NCBI GenBank assembly: GCA_008632985.1
Contig: QPGO01000024.1
Coordinates: forward strand, 1 to 64,000
DNA from: Psammoneis japonica
Lineage: Eukaryota
Reading direction: 5' to 3'
Length of the DNA: 64,000 bases
Part shown: piece after piece, positions 34,546 through 46,853 of the stretch
How the letters are laid out: each line of letters starts with the position of its first letter
Position numbering within the stretch: position 1 is the first letter of the stretch
The notes under the pieces: generated by a model
What the model was told of the DNA's origin: nothing
The model's database searches: none
Seen by the model: the letters and a program-made list of their open reading frames with translations, nothing else
Made by a program: the position numbers and the translations under genes

Positions 34546-34896
34546 CCATAAATGATGTTGAAGTTGGTCCGGCAAGCGAGAATCCGGGTTCCTTTTTACC
34601 TCCACCGCGTGACGAAAGCACACGAAACTTACAAAAAACCGTCGCAGCCGACGATGAGATTGAGGCGATAAGAAAGTTATCGAGACTATCATCGTTTCGT
34701 GGACTTTTCATACTGTTTCTTCAGCAGCTTGGCGCTCTTGGTGATACTTGAGACAAAACTTGAGAGACGAAGGCATTGAGAGGGAAGTGGAACGAAGCCA
34801 AGACACTGCGAACTGCAAGAGTGCATGCACCAACACACGCGACTTCCCGCTCCCCCCAGCAATTATTCCATACCAATCTCCTCCGCTCCTCCGCGC

Positions 34897-35505
34897 ATGG
34901 CCCAATTGTTTCTCCACGAAATTGACACCATCATGTCTAAAGCCCCAGTGATCCCCGCTGCTGTTTTTGGCGTCCTGTCTGGGATTGTGATGGGCATGTT
35001 CATCCAAAGTCGCCGTCGGAGTTGTTTTCTCACCAAACATCCTCCCGGATCACCAGCCCATGATATCGAGTCTCACATCCTTGAAACCCAGAAACCATCC
35101 CACGCTTTAGGCATCCGGGTAGTGAACCTTACAGGAGACACTCTAACTCTGCAGGCACCCCTGGATCGCAACCATAATGTACACGGCACCGCCTTTGCAG
35201 GGTCACTCTATTCTGTGGGCGTTTTATGCTCTTACTATCTTTTTAGAGAGTGGCTTATGCGAGAGGGTCTATCAAAGTATCAGCTAGTTGCCAAGACTGG
35301 TAGCATTCGCTACATTCGACCTGTCACTACCCCTTGGATAGTCGCGACCAGCAGGTTACCATCAGAGGAGGCCCTGGAAAGCTTTCGCAACAAGTTGGAT
35401 TCAGACAGAAAAGCCACGTTGGAAGTTTCTGGGCGTATCTTGCAACATACAGTGAAAGCTGCTTGTGAATATACAGTGGAAGTATGTGCATACCTGCCAA
35501 GGTAA
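34897..35505 (+). CDS. HotDog-fold thioesterase (YiiD C-terminal-like) with N-terminal hydrophobic segment
   Basis: SHALGIRVV...LTLQAPLDRNHNVHGTAFAGSLYSV...SIRYIRPVT matches the YiiD_C thioesterase pattern (APL..N.N.HGT.F[AG]GS). Start codon uncertain. Confidence 0.82.
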   Translation: MAQLFLHEIDTIMSKAPVIPAAVFGVLSGIVMGMFIQSRRRSCFLTKHPPGSPAHDIESHILETQKPSHALGIRVVNLTGDTLTLQAPLDRNHNVHGTAFAGSLYSVGVLCSYYLFREWLMREGLSKYQLVAKTGSIRYIRPVTTPWIVATSRLPSEEALESFRNKLDSDRKATLEVSGRILQHTVKAACEYTVEVCAYLPR

Positions 35506-35910
35506 TGGCGAGCACGTCCCCACGTTATACCACGTTATAAGAAACGAGAGAAACTTTCCAGTCTTGACGACGATGATCATTCATAGCGGCGAAGTTGACA
35601 CATGCTTGTTCGATTGATCCGGAGGAATAGGAAACGGACCACGCGTAGTGGGCACTGAGCTTGTCCGTTGACGTAGCATACAGATGTTGCGCCACTCTCC
35701 ATTCGTCAACCTACATAGTCCCACACTGGATGAAAGACTTTCTTAGTTATCTTTCAATTGTGAGAAAACTGGCTTCTCTCGCCCTACCGCTACTATTCAC
35801 GAAAGATTTGCTAGAGAGCTATTGTTATGAAACAAACTCACCTACCAGTTAGTTGTATTCTCTGGACAATGACAGCGTGCATCTCAGTTTAGGGTTATAC
35901 ACGTCTCTCT

Positions 35911-38900
35911 TCAGAAATCCTCGTCGAAATCCCAGCCTTCTTCATTATCTTGATTAGCATCATTAGCAGGAGAAGGATCATGGCTCGGCTCATTCACCGG
36001 CGCCTCTGCTTCGGGTTCGGCGTTGGAACTGGCATGGCTCTTTTTCAGGTTCTGACTCATGTCGCGATCTACAACAGGTGGTTCGACAGGTTCCGAAACG
36101 TGCATTGCTTGAACTTCCTTCGATAGCACATTTGATGAAGGAGGGATACTGGTCACCTCCGTCGATGACATATTCGCCTCCTTCGACTCTGTCGTAGAGG
36201 TGGTCGTGCTATGGACATTGGTCCCCCCAATATTTTCTGTAGAGGCAGATCTCATTGGAGCAGCTAGCGTTGAAGCTGGTCGTATGGCGGGGCCCGACTG
36301 GTTTATCTCCGCCACAAGAGTAGATGCTGAAGGCGTGGCTCTGGCTGGTTCTTGTCGATGATCGGATACTGGACAGGCTCCTTTTCGACTCACATGGTAC
36401 ATAAGATGTTGTGTTCCCTTCATTATCCGGCATGCGTCTCTTAGCGCCTGTTGAATGCGATGAATTGTCGTTTGGTCAACAAGCACTCTCCTCAAGGTGT
36501 CGTTTTCTGCTTTGAGGTTCGCAATAGGATAATCGAAATTAGGATCCAAAGAGTGGGAGACCGCCCAAGCCATCGCTGTTTCGTAGCCTTCATTGTTCGT
36601 CATCATCGCAGCCCGCCTGGCGCCGTTCTCACTGTAGCCTCGTCCAATGAGACGTTGGACAATACCGGCATCTGGAAGCACATGATTTGGGGGCTGACTT
36701 GAAGAGGCCTCCTCGAGCATCGCCGAAACCTCCGCCTCGCTGGTTTCCTTCAATTCGCTAGCAAGGGCCACCCCTGCTTCTTTATTTTCGATATGCAAAA
36801 GTAGAGAGACGCCAAACTCAAGGGCGAATCTGGCGTCATCACTCTCCATCCCCTCCCGAATGCCAGTCATATCGGCGTGAAAAGAGTCAGCAATACACCA
36901 AAATATCACCAAGCGACAAATCGTGTGCAGCAAAGGGTCAGCCGACTTGTTTTCTTCGCCCACGAAATGCATTTGTAACTCAGAGTAAAGTCCGCGCATA
37001 TCTGTCCCATAGTGCTCACGAATGTAATCCAATATCCGGTCACCTGGTCTCGAGTGGCCGAGTCCCTCCAGCGAACGCGAACCTTTTGACTGCGGTACAC
37101 CCCCGACGAGCGTCTTGGCTGTCTTTGAGAAAATGCGAGCTGCCTTGAAAACAAGAAATCCCGTTTTTACTGACGAAGCATGTCTCGGTTCAGCAGTTTC
37201 TAATTGCATCGACATTTTCTCTTCAGTTGGAGGGAGTGACTCTTGGCTTGCTTCTCGAATACGAGGCCAACGACCGCTCCGCATTTCCAACGTACTGAAA
37301 CTTTTGATTATTATCTCGAGCAATCCAGTGTGGTTCACCGATAGCTTCCCACGAAAACGTTGTAAACAGCAAGACAAAGCTCCTTTCTCGTATAACTATC
37401 GTCGAATTCATCCAACGCGACGACTTCTGCAACAGCTTTAAGTCGCACTCTCACGTCCTCTTCTCCTTCCCATGGTAACGAAGGGTCACAAACAAGGGAA
37501 AAGCACGCAGCTGCTGAGGCCCCGTACAGCTTGGCTCGCACAGCATGGTGTACAACTCGACTTCGCAAAAACACTTGCGACGACAAACTGTCCAATCCCA
37601 GGATACCCGCAAAATGATAAATTGCGCCACCTGGTAGAGATGGGAGGTTGACGCTCCTTGGCGCTTCTTGCGAGAGAAAAAGGCTCTTGAAATACTGGCA
37701 AATTCTGAAATTTGCTTCGGTCGCGAAAGAAGGATCTTTCCATGCAGCGCATCCTGAAAGTACTGTATGAGGATTCTCTGTAAGCACAAGCTCAACAACG
37801 TCGAGAGGTGCTTTCTCTCGGATATCACGAGCTTTCAATCCACAGTCTCTGCGCCCAGCAAATAAGACATTTGCCAAGAAACTGGCAGCATCGAGAAAGC
37901 GACGCATGTTGCAGAACTCTGTCCTGACATCTGGAAAGAGAGGTCCAAACAAATCCTGGCATTTTATTGCGGCCTCTGCGCGGTCCCCATCTATCGATTC
38001 ACTGTCATCTGCAGAGAAAAACGATTCTCGCAAGAACGCCAAAACGAGGTTTTGCATGTCTTGCTTCTGTATCCACTCGTATTTTTCAGCTCGAGCGACG
38101 TCGACAAGAAGTTCAACGTGCCCCTTATTCAGCAGCGGCCTCAACAGTTCCCTTTGAATCGCTTCGTTAAATACAAGCATATCCTGAAAACAGAGTCCAT
38201 TCAGATGTTGAAGGTCAACAAAGAAGTCTTCAAGCAGGGACATCTTTTCCAGTAAAGTTGAATCCGGCATTGTCTCAACTAGTCGAACAACCCCCTTACA
38301 CATTTCTGAAACCATCTTCATTCCGACAATCATCTTTCCTTTCCGACCGCCATCACTCGATTTCGTCTCCTTCCGGTATGATATCATTTCAAGCAATAGC
38401 GAGAACGCTTCATTTCGTATCCACGTTACCAGAATATCTAGCGATACCAAATCGTAGTGCAACAGGTCGACGCTTCTTGCAATGATTTCATTTGGGCATC
38501 TGATGCTTCTATCTCGTCTACATGCTTCGGTAAGCACTCATACATTTCCCACATCATATTGATAAGCGTTCTGCTGTCTGACTCTGACAGATCGGAATTG
38601 CGCAGCTTCGATGCAGAGCCAGACACAACTTTGACAACCAACCGAATCAAAACCATTTTATCTGAAACAATACGGTCTGTCTCGCATACAGTTGTTCGAC
38701 TCGCATTCGCAATCGTAATAGTCAAAGCAAGAGCATCTCGGGTTTCTGATGTATGGTTTGCGCTTCGAATAAGCTGTAGACAATAACTAGCAACTGCATC
38801 ATCCACCATCGCATTACTCGAACTCGAGCCATTCATTTTACCGCTAAGCATTTTGTGTTGGAAACCTGGGATCGCCACAAGCGGCTTGAGAAACGTCTTG

Positions 38901-41900
38901 TATCTGGAAAGAACTTCGAAAGAGTCCACTTTATCACCAAGCACAAAACCCACAAGATCGTGACTATTCATATGTATAAGGTCATCACTTGACATGGTTG
39001 TTGAAGGAGAAGCTGGAAGAAACTGAGATGACGGAAACAATGCGTTGTCGTGAAGCATCTGGTTGTACACGTTCGCGTACTCCCTTAACTCATGCAACTG
39101 AAGCGACACCGGCGAGGTCTTCTCCACGTCGAACTTTTCACCTGAATTCTTCATGGCGTGCCCTTGAGACGATTCTATCCGTGCGAACGCAAAGTCACAG
39201 AATTCAACAACAGCGTCTAAGCTGCCGCGGTAATTCTGAATGCACCGAGCTCTCTCAAGGTACCACCTTGTAACCATGTCGTTTCGTCCGTCAGATGTAT
39301 CAGCACGGATTGGGGACGCCGAAGTTGCGAGAACGATCTTTTTGTCGCGATCGTCAAGGAAGATACCAACTGGAGGTGGCACGTGTCGTGCCATCAGAGT
39401 CCAGTGCAGCTGTCCCAAATGAGCCTCCAAGGGGACAAAGAAGCTGTCGCCATCTCCGTCAGACTTCTCAACAGGAAGCAAATGGCAATATGATGCAACA
39501 CTGACTGAAGCTGGTATTTGGTTCAAGATTTCGAAGCGATGTGGGACCAGTTCTAACCGATGTCGAACAAATAGTAACGTTAGAACGGCAACGTCGCCTT
39601 TCGCTGCGAACCCCAAAGCAATCTGGTCCAGCGGTACATCGAAGAATCCTCTATCAAACTGCAACAAAGAAGACTGACTTCCAAATCTACGAGACAGAAG
39701 TTCGTACGTGCAAAGTCTGACCAAGGCAGTGGAAAGCTTCGTGGTCGCTTGAACAAAATCCTGCGATGCGCGAGAATCTTGGGTCTGATTTTGAGCTCGC
39801 TTCAGTCCAATCATGGACGCCATCCTCGCGGTTTCAAAGTCGGCGTGCTTGGTTGTAGGGCTACATTCAAAAAGAGACAAAGCTTGTCCAATTACGTATG
39901 AATCATCGAGAATCCTTTCCAAGGAACCGGTTTGCAGTTCCCTCTCCCAAATACACTTGTGACAGAAATCAATGTCGTCTGACAACGTCGCACGTTCAAG
40001 TCCGTCGAGCGAGTCAAAAATTGCAACCGCTTCGTGGTATCGAGCTGATTTTACTAACGAATGAAATATATCTTTGCCACCAAGTGGCTGTACAGCACAG
40101 AGGGAGAGATCAACATTGTAGGTTTCTGCTTCGTCAGCGGCACGACGTCTATACAGAACGAAAACCAATTCATCGTTTGCCTTGTGAACGAAAGCCAACG
40201 TCAAGTTTCCACCCACCCGTCCAAGAACCAAATCAGATATACTTTTGCTAGACTCACTCCTTGAGTCAGCTACATCCATGAAATGCAAATGGCCATCTCC
40301 TGCATCGGCGACTAGAAGAGACTTCCACCAGCAAACATCGGCAACATTTTGAGGTACGCAGGGGCCGTTTCTTAACAAAGATTCGATGCTTTGTGCTCGG
40401 TGCACTAGCATTGTACAACCAGTTCCTGACGATTGATCACCTCTAGCGGACAAGAAAGACGCGCCGTTTATCCCAACAATAGTGATGCCTCCATTCCAAT
40501 CCAACGAAGCGACTGTGACGATCGTCCGTCTACCGTCTTCATCGTTGGTTGTTGCTGTCCCGAATTGCAGGCAAGAGATTGGAACAGGAGTAGTTACGAC
40601 GCCCGAAACCGTTTCTCCAAAGCTTTCGCGTCTATTCTCAACAGTTTTTCGCTTTGTTCCTGTACTTTCCACTGGATTTCCAGTGTCATCCAATCGACGC
40701 ATTCTGACTCGACGCGGTCTCCTCCACTGGTCCCAAATGGCTTTGTCTGCAAAGGTACTAACGTGAGGACCGGCAGAACCAATGTCGATCTTGTCGAAAA
40801 ACGAGGCAGTTGGCAATGACTGCCCATTATCACCGGATACTCCACTCGATATTTTCCAAAATGAAACCACTTCATTTCCTACACTCATACCACACACAGC
40901 TAGAAAAAAATCTGATCGAGTGACACCTTCACGTTCTTCTTGATGAGCATCCATACAAATCAAGTCGATGTGATGTTCGAGAGTACAAAATGACGAAACG
41001 CCTTCATCAGAAGGGAAACAAAAGACTTTACCAATACTGTAATGCTCCGGCGGTTCATGGATCCCCCTCTTTCGCCTACGAGCTGGTCGAGGTTTATGCT
41101 TGTGGTTCTGTTGAGACAACACAGGGCCGTACCATAGGCGCGTAGTCAACGGTAAAAGCTCCACGTAGCCCCCCAATCGAGAAATGACAAGTGTCGCCGA
41201 TGGTGCCTGGGCCGATGAAGTGTCTTCATCGCGAGGCTGTTCCACGATTAGAGGTAAAATGCATGTAACCCGAAGAAGATTGGAGGAGGCAAGCACGCGT
41301 TCATTATCAGCAAACAAATCGCCCGACCTTCGCAGACCCTCTAGTGTCGAGTGGGCCGGGCCGAACGTGGCCACACTTTCCCAGCCAACTTTCTGCAAAT
41401 CCATATCTGGCATAGCCATTCTCCGATACATGACAACAATTCCGTCTGGTAATCCCCAAGATACAGCCAAAAAGTTTGGACCAAGACTAGTGGCTCGGGC
41501 ATAACTTAAATCATATGGGGCTTCCACAGATGCAAAGAAAGCAACGAGGTCGTTTCGATCGGAAGTTTCCTTTACCTGTGATTCCAGTTGGTCTATCGCA
41601 TTGTCATGCAGCTCAGCGATTCGTCCAATGCCTACGATGACCAGTGTTCCTGGAGAATCAGAGGGCGCAGCAGCATTGGCTCGGACAAGGATAGGGCGAC
41701 CACGTTGAGCGCGAACTGAAGCAAGATGAAAGCGAGCCATACTGTGTGCCTCCTGGGGAATAGCTTCAGCGTCTAATTGTGACTTCGCTTCACAGGCAGC
41801 GCTTTCTACGCCATCCTCTATCGAATCGCCGTAAATCAGGACATCATCTTCAGAAATGTTGGTAGCTACGTCCTTCGAAGCCGTTGTAACGCTGGATCGA

Positions 41901-42184
41901 TTCCCCCAGAATCGAAAAAGACGTCGAATTTTACCCGGATTTCGATCAACATCTTCAATTCTGTCTTCTTCTTCATTTCTTCTCCTCGAAAGAATTGCCT
42001 TTGCTTGCGCCATAAGCTGATCCCTCTCGCGAAATTCCTCTGCCAACCGTGCGTTTGGATAGAGCTCTGCATAGATGCGATAGATTGAGGCCAACTCCAC
42101 GCGATAGCTTTTTCTATCCGAATCATCCGCATCACTTTCAACCGTGATAGTATCTGATCTCGGTACTATAGCGTAATGTGACAT
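35911..42184 (-). CDS. NBAS: NBAS/Sec39/MIP2-like ER tethering subunit with a C-terminal UBA domain, ~2090 aa; frameshifts near 38460 and 37360
   Basis: IALGFAAKGDVAVLTLLFVRHRLELVPHRFEILNQIPASVSVASYCHLLP and VTRWYLERARCIQNYRGSLD match conserved NBAS/Sec39 blocks. The N-terminal part is beta-rich; the UBA-like segment is IVQRLIGRGYSENGARRAAMMTNNEGYETAMAWAVSH. Confidence 0.8.
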
Positions 42185-42546
42185 GGTGCAATATGTGTGG
42201 CTGCGTACTGTAGGGTTTTAGTTGATTTCGCCGTCATGGCCACACTGGACCATCGCTCGGTTGCGAGCGACGTGCGACGTGCGACTTCCTTACCACCCCT
42301 GATGCGTCATTCAGGGTGACGCACAGCAAGTCGCCACCCCGCCCGCCCCCTGCATTCCAGCTGGCATTGCGCCCAGTGACTTGCGTCTGATGCCTTACGC
42401 ACTGGTAAGGGGCATGGATCCATGGGGGCAACGCGATGTTTCGCGTTACATTCTTTCGCTTCATGCAACTTCATGCCTCATTTCTTTTGGTCGGCGGTTA
42501 AAAGAAGGCTGCATAATTGAAAGGACTCTGCGAGCTACGGTCGTGA

Positions 42547-43940
42547 ATGTTGACGTCGCAGTGGCTATTTCTTTTCACTTGGGCGGCTCTTGGTACTCTT
42601 TGTGAATCATTGTATGCAGTTTCAAATTCTAGTGGCGGAGAAAAACAAGTTACTTGCATGGTTGGACAGGAAGGGCCGGTACGGCGCATGTCGTCAAAGG
42701 CAGAGAATGTCGTGGCGGCGACGACAATTTCGCGAGGAGGCACCCAAAAGACCTCTTTTCTTCCTACAAGATACACGCTTCGGGATAAGCCTGCTGCTGC
42801 GCAGGCGATTGCAAGGGATGCTTCTTTCGTTTTGTCTTCCTTGTTTGCCGGAGCAGGTAGCGGTGCTCTTGCAAGTGTTGTCTGCGCTCCCCTGGATTTG
42901 ATGCGAACGAGGATGCAAGTGTGGGGAGATCTACACAAGGGTCAGCATGTTCCGATGTTTCGCCTGTTCTCGGATATTGTAAAGATTGAGGGGTGGACGG
43001 GGTTGTTTCGTGGGCTTGGTGCAACTCTTGCTACAGTGCCTCTCTTCTGGGGCCTTTATTTTCCCTTGTATGATGAACTTGTGAGTTTCTTATTGTTCCG
43101 CAAAGTCACCACCTCTAAACATGGAACTTACCAATTATTCCTTTCGCCTTTGCGTCCCCACTTGACCAGAAACGAAGATGGGCTGCATCAGACTACGGCC
43201 ATGCCCATCCTAGCTTCATTCACTGTGGCTCGGCAATTGGAGCTGGTTTTGTGTCGGACATTGTGTGCAACCCTATGTTTGTAGTCAGAACGAGAATGCA
43301 GACAGAGGCTCTTCATCAATTAGGTAATGGTGGCCTACGGACATATAAACCTCACGGCATGATTAAAACTGCCGGATTCCTTTACAAAGAGGGTGGTGCG
43401 CGTATTTTCTGGCGTGGGATGACAGCCAATCTGCTGGGATTATCTCATGTTGCGATTCAGTTTCCAGGTATGCGTTGTCTAGTATGAATTGTACTCCAAT
43501 ACCAATCGCCTTGTTTCACTAAAATTCCTTTTGCCGATCAAAATGATGGAATAGTATACGAATTACTAAAGAAGGAAGCTAGACAAAGAGCAAAGTCGGG
43601 TCATGAATCCCCACTGGATCTCTTGATAGCGTCTGGTTTGAGTAAGGCATGCGCATCGCTCATCACATATCCTCACGAGGTGATTAGAAGCCGAATGATG
43701 GACATGAGAAGTGACGGTGGGGCTGTCACGTTGTTTGGGACGTCGCGACGAATATTAGCAAAGGAAGGGCTCTCAGGATTCTACACTGGGCTTCACGTCA
43801 CTCTGTTGAGGGTGCTACCGAACTGCTGCATCACATTCATGACTTATGAGCTACTGCTTCGGTTTGCTAAACAAGAAATTGAAAGGAGGAGTACTACAAA
43901 GGAAAGGAGACTGGATAGAAAAGATTCGACAGTTTCGTGA
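42547..43940 (+). CDS. Mitochondrial carrier family protein (NAD+/folate-FAD carrier subfamily); introns 43081-43169 and 43468-43554
   Basis: Three carrier repeats, APLDLMRTRMQ, NPMFVVRTRMQ and TYPHEVIRSRM, plus LLGLSHVAIQFP|VYE, as in NDT1/SLC25A32-like carriers. The true start may be 42658 or 42688. Confidence 0.92.
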
Positions 43941-43986
43941 CGCGTAGTGGCGACTTGTTACAACTTACAGTAGCAAAAAATAATGA

Positions 43987-45294
43987 TTAGCTATCCTTCC
44001 GAGGCGCAATTTGTATCTTTTGGCCAGGTTTTAGTCCCGAAAGGCCAAGCATTTTGAGCATAGCTTCCTGTTTGTCTTGTTCCTTCTGTTGTAGCTCTGA
44101 AACCCTGGCATTTTTCTTCTCTTGGCGCTGAGCTTTTCGACGTTTCTCCCTTGCCAATGCATCTTGAAAGCTAACTTCTCCAGAGCCACCACCGTAGAGC
44201 GCGTCGTCGTCCAGTTCAATCCCACCCATTGCGCCCTCCTCGCGATCTTTCGCTGCCCCATGAATTGTAGCTGACTTCTCTTTGCGCCTTTCAATCTGAC
44301 GTTCCCGACCATCCTTGCGCCCCCCCATAAGTTCCTCTGTAGTTGCACGGACGTGTTCACGAAGGCGCTTGTTTGCCGTTCGTTCGGCCAAACGTTCCTT
44401 TGGAGTCTGCCGCTGCTGTTCATCGGAAAATCCATTTGACTGCTTGGTCAAACCACCGCTGATAGAACTCTGTACTATGGGATCGTTTTGGGATTTATCG
44501 TGTGGCTTGACCTTAGGTGCTTCATAGTCTGTTTGCTTCCTGACACCTTCTTGTAGGTATTTAAGACTCCGTCGCTCCGTCTCGCTTGTTCTGAACGACC
44601 AAGAGTGCCTCGTTATCTTGCACTCCTCAAGAGCTTCTTGAGGCATCCCTTTCGGATCGTAGTATGTGGCCTCAAGTTTCCCGTCGTTGTACTTAGCTGC
44701 AAATCTTGAAAATGCTTCGTGTGCCTCCTCAGAAGTCAAATCACCAAATATTCTTCCCTCCTCGCGGTACAGGTACACCCACAAATGCTTATGGTAGGCA
44801 AAGTAATCACGTTCAACGTCTATGAGTTCTTCTGGAGCTGAACCTCTCTTGAGACCAAGTGGATATAGCCTACTCTTATCAACTTTCACACTCTTCGATT
44901 CCTTTTTCCGATCCTTCTTGTCGTGCTTTCTCTCCACGCTGTGCTTTCTTCGTTTTCGAACTTTCGCATCATGCTTTTTATGAGATCGACGACCGCTGTC
45001 ATCTGAGTCATCGCTCCCACTGTCACGGCGGTGCCGTTTTGAGCCAGAAGACCCGCGGTGCCTCTCCCCATCGCGACGGCTCTTCTTGCTTTTGCTTCGT
45101 TCGTGACGACTGCTGCTGCTGCTGCGTTCCTTTTCTCGCCTTTTGCGCCCTTCCTCTTTTTCTACATATTCCTTAGCTTTTCGCAAAAGTCTATCTTCCT
45201 TCGTTTCTTCTTTTCTTCGATGATGACTACGTCGCTTGTCCCTTGGCTTAGAGTGCCTGTGGCCTCTGCCGTCGCCCTCTTGATGACGCGTCAT
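43987..45294 (-). CDS. Highly charged nuclear protein with SCI1 (style cell-cycle inhibitor 1)-like domain
   Basis: RS/K-rich N-terminus, then DYFAYHKHLWVYLYREEGRIFGDLTSEEAHEAFSRFAAKYNDGKLEATYY...TRHSWSF, resembling the plant SCI1 core; intact 435-aa ORF. Confidence 0.75.
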   Translation of the reverse strand: MTRHQEGDGRGHRHSKPRDKRRSHHRRKEETKEDRLLRKAKEYVEKEEGRKRREKERSSSSSRHERSKSKKSRRDGERHRGSSGSKRHRRDSGSDDSDDSGRRSHKKHDAKVRKRRKHSVERKHDKKDRKKESKSVKVDKSRLYPLGLKRGSAPEELIDVERDYFAYHKHLWVYLYREEGRIFGDLTSEEAHEAFSRFAAKYNDGKLEATYYDPKGMPQEALEECKITRHSWSFRTSETERRSLKYLQEGVRKQTDYEAPKVKPHDKSQNDPIVQSSISGGLTKQSNGFSDEQQRQTPKERLAERTANKRLREHVRATTEELMGGRKDGRERQIERRKEKSATIHGAAKDREEGAMGGIELDDDALYGGGSGEVSFQDALAREKRRKAQRQEKKNARVSELQQKEQDKQEAMLKMLGLSGLKPGQKIQIAPRKDS

Positions 45295-46274
45295 GGTCTT
45301 CGCTTCTATTCGTATTCTGATGCGGTCGTTTGCGTCTTGCGTTGCTCAGGACTGAGGCGAGCGCGCGGCTGCATGAAGTTAGGCGGGACTCATTCAGTCA
45401 CGTATGCGCACACCCTCCGAACGCCACTCACCATGAGAATCGGAACGGCATTTCATGCTATTGCCAAACCTTTTCAACAACAGCAGTGCTTTAGAATAGT
45501 TTCTACCATCATATAGAAACTATTTTCATCGCTTGTTTGAAGGTAATTGCTCAATCGAAAGGTCAAAAAATGGATTTTGTAATTGCATCACCATCCGCTG
45601 CTCTTTTTCGTGTGCTGTCGCGATACAATCGTATTGCGCTTTCGTGTCACTGACTCGTTCTTTTTATTTGATACGCTCGTTTCATACACTTATATAGGGA
45701 GCATTTCGACCATGTTAAAAGCCCTAACGAGGAACACCGGCTCTTAGTTTCATGTCGACATTTGAACCATTTGTCTGCGGCCGATATTTCTGCATCAATC
45801 GAAATGGGGCTGTTGCGTGTCATACACTGTCTTTTGGATCAAGCCAAGCAACGGATGGTCGATTTCATTGATAATATGGATTATGGTGTGCGTTATTTGA
45901 TGGTAGACAACGGTAAGTGTATGATTTGTGGAGCTCACAACTTGCTGCCGCGAAAAATGATGATATTCACCTCGAACGCAAGCAACTAACGACACTTTCT
46001 TGCTATTTTGCATTTTTCTTACTCATTATTGAAAGCTTTAGGTACTTATCGCTTTATTACGGTTCTACACTGCATTTTTAGCCGTCAATGTCCAATCTGT
46101 CGTCTCGACTTCTCACGGTAAAAATCGGGATGGATGACATGAATCCAGGAGGAGGTTGGGGTCGGAAAATTCGCTAGCCGGTGGTTTTATAATCTCTTGA
46201 CGGTAAGTGGCACTTTTGTGATGTGAAATTCTACTTTTTTTGTTGAGACGTGTGCTAAAAATATTCTTTACTCA

Positions 46275-46685
46275 TTATCCAAAGCTGACACGGAACCAAT
46301 CTTTCTCGTACGTTTGCTGCCAAGAATGCCGCGGGATTTCACACGGCAATTTGACCAACGATTTGTACGGGGACACAAAGTAAAAGAGATGCCGAGTATT
46401 GGAGATGCGGTTGCTTTTCTTGTTCTTGATCTTGACGCTTTTCGATACACTCACGACACGCACCTCGGCACCGGGTCGTGGAGCTTCTAGATGGGGTCCG
46501 TGTTCGGGATGCTTTTTCAATTCGGCGTTCATTTGTGTTACCGTGACATCTTTGTCCACACCCCGGAGCTTCAATTCCGTCAACCAAGCATCAGCACTAA
46601 CCCAATGCCCAACAAGAGACGACGTTTTCCGTGGCTTTATCGCGTCGTCGAACGCTGCGTGGATCGTTCTTTGTTTTGGTGCCAT
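46275..46685 (-). CDS. Hypothetical basic protein, 136 aa
   Basis: Open frame with protein-like composition (MAPKQRTIHAAFDDAIK...WVSADAWLTELK...RHLFYFV); no family recognised. Confidence 0.4.
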   Translation of the reverse strand: MAPKQRTIHAAFDDAIKPRKTSSLVGHWVSADAWLTELKLRGVDKDVTVTQMNAELKKHPEHGPHLEAPRPGAEVRVVSVSKSVKIKNKKSNRISNTRHLFYFVSPYKSLVKLPCEIPRHSWQQTYEKDWFRVSFG

Positions 46686-46853
46686 TTCATCGAATTGGCT
46701 GCACCTAATGCACAAAGTAGACTAATCGGGTATAGGTGGTTCGTAAACACTGATTAGGTGCAGTGAATATTGTTACTAGCAAAAGTTATTTGCATCGGCA
46801 TGCCATTGTCGCACCCGTCGTCATTTTTTCCCGCGGTGCACCGCGGTGTCCAG

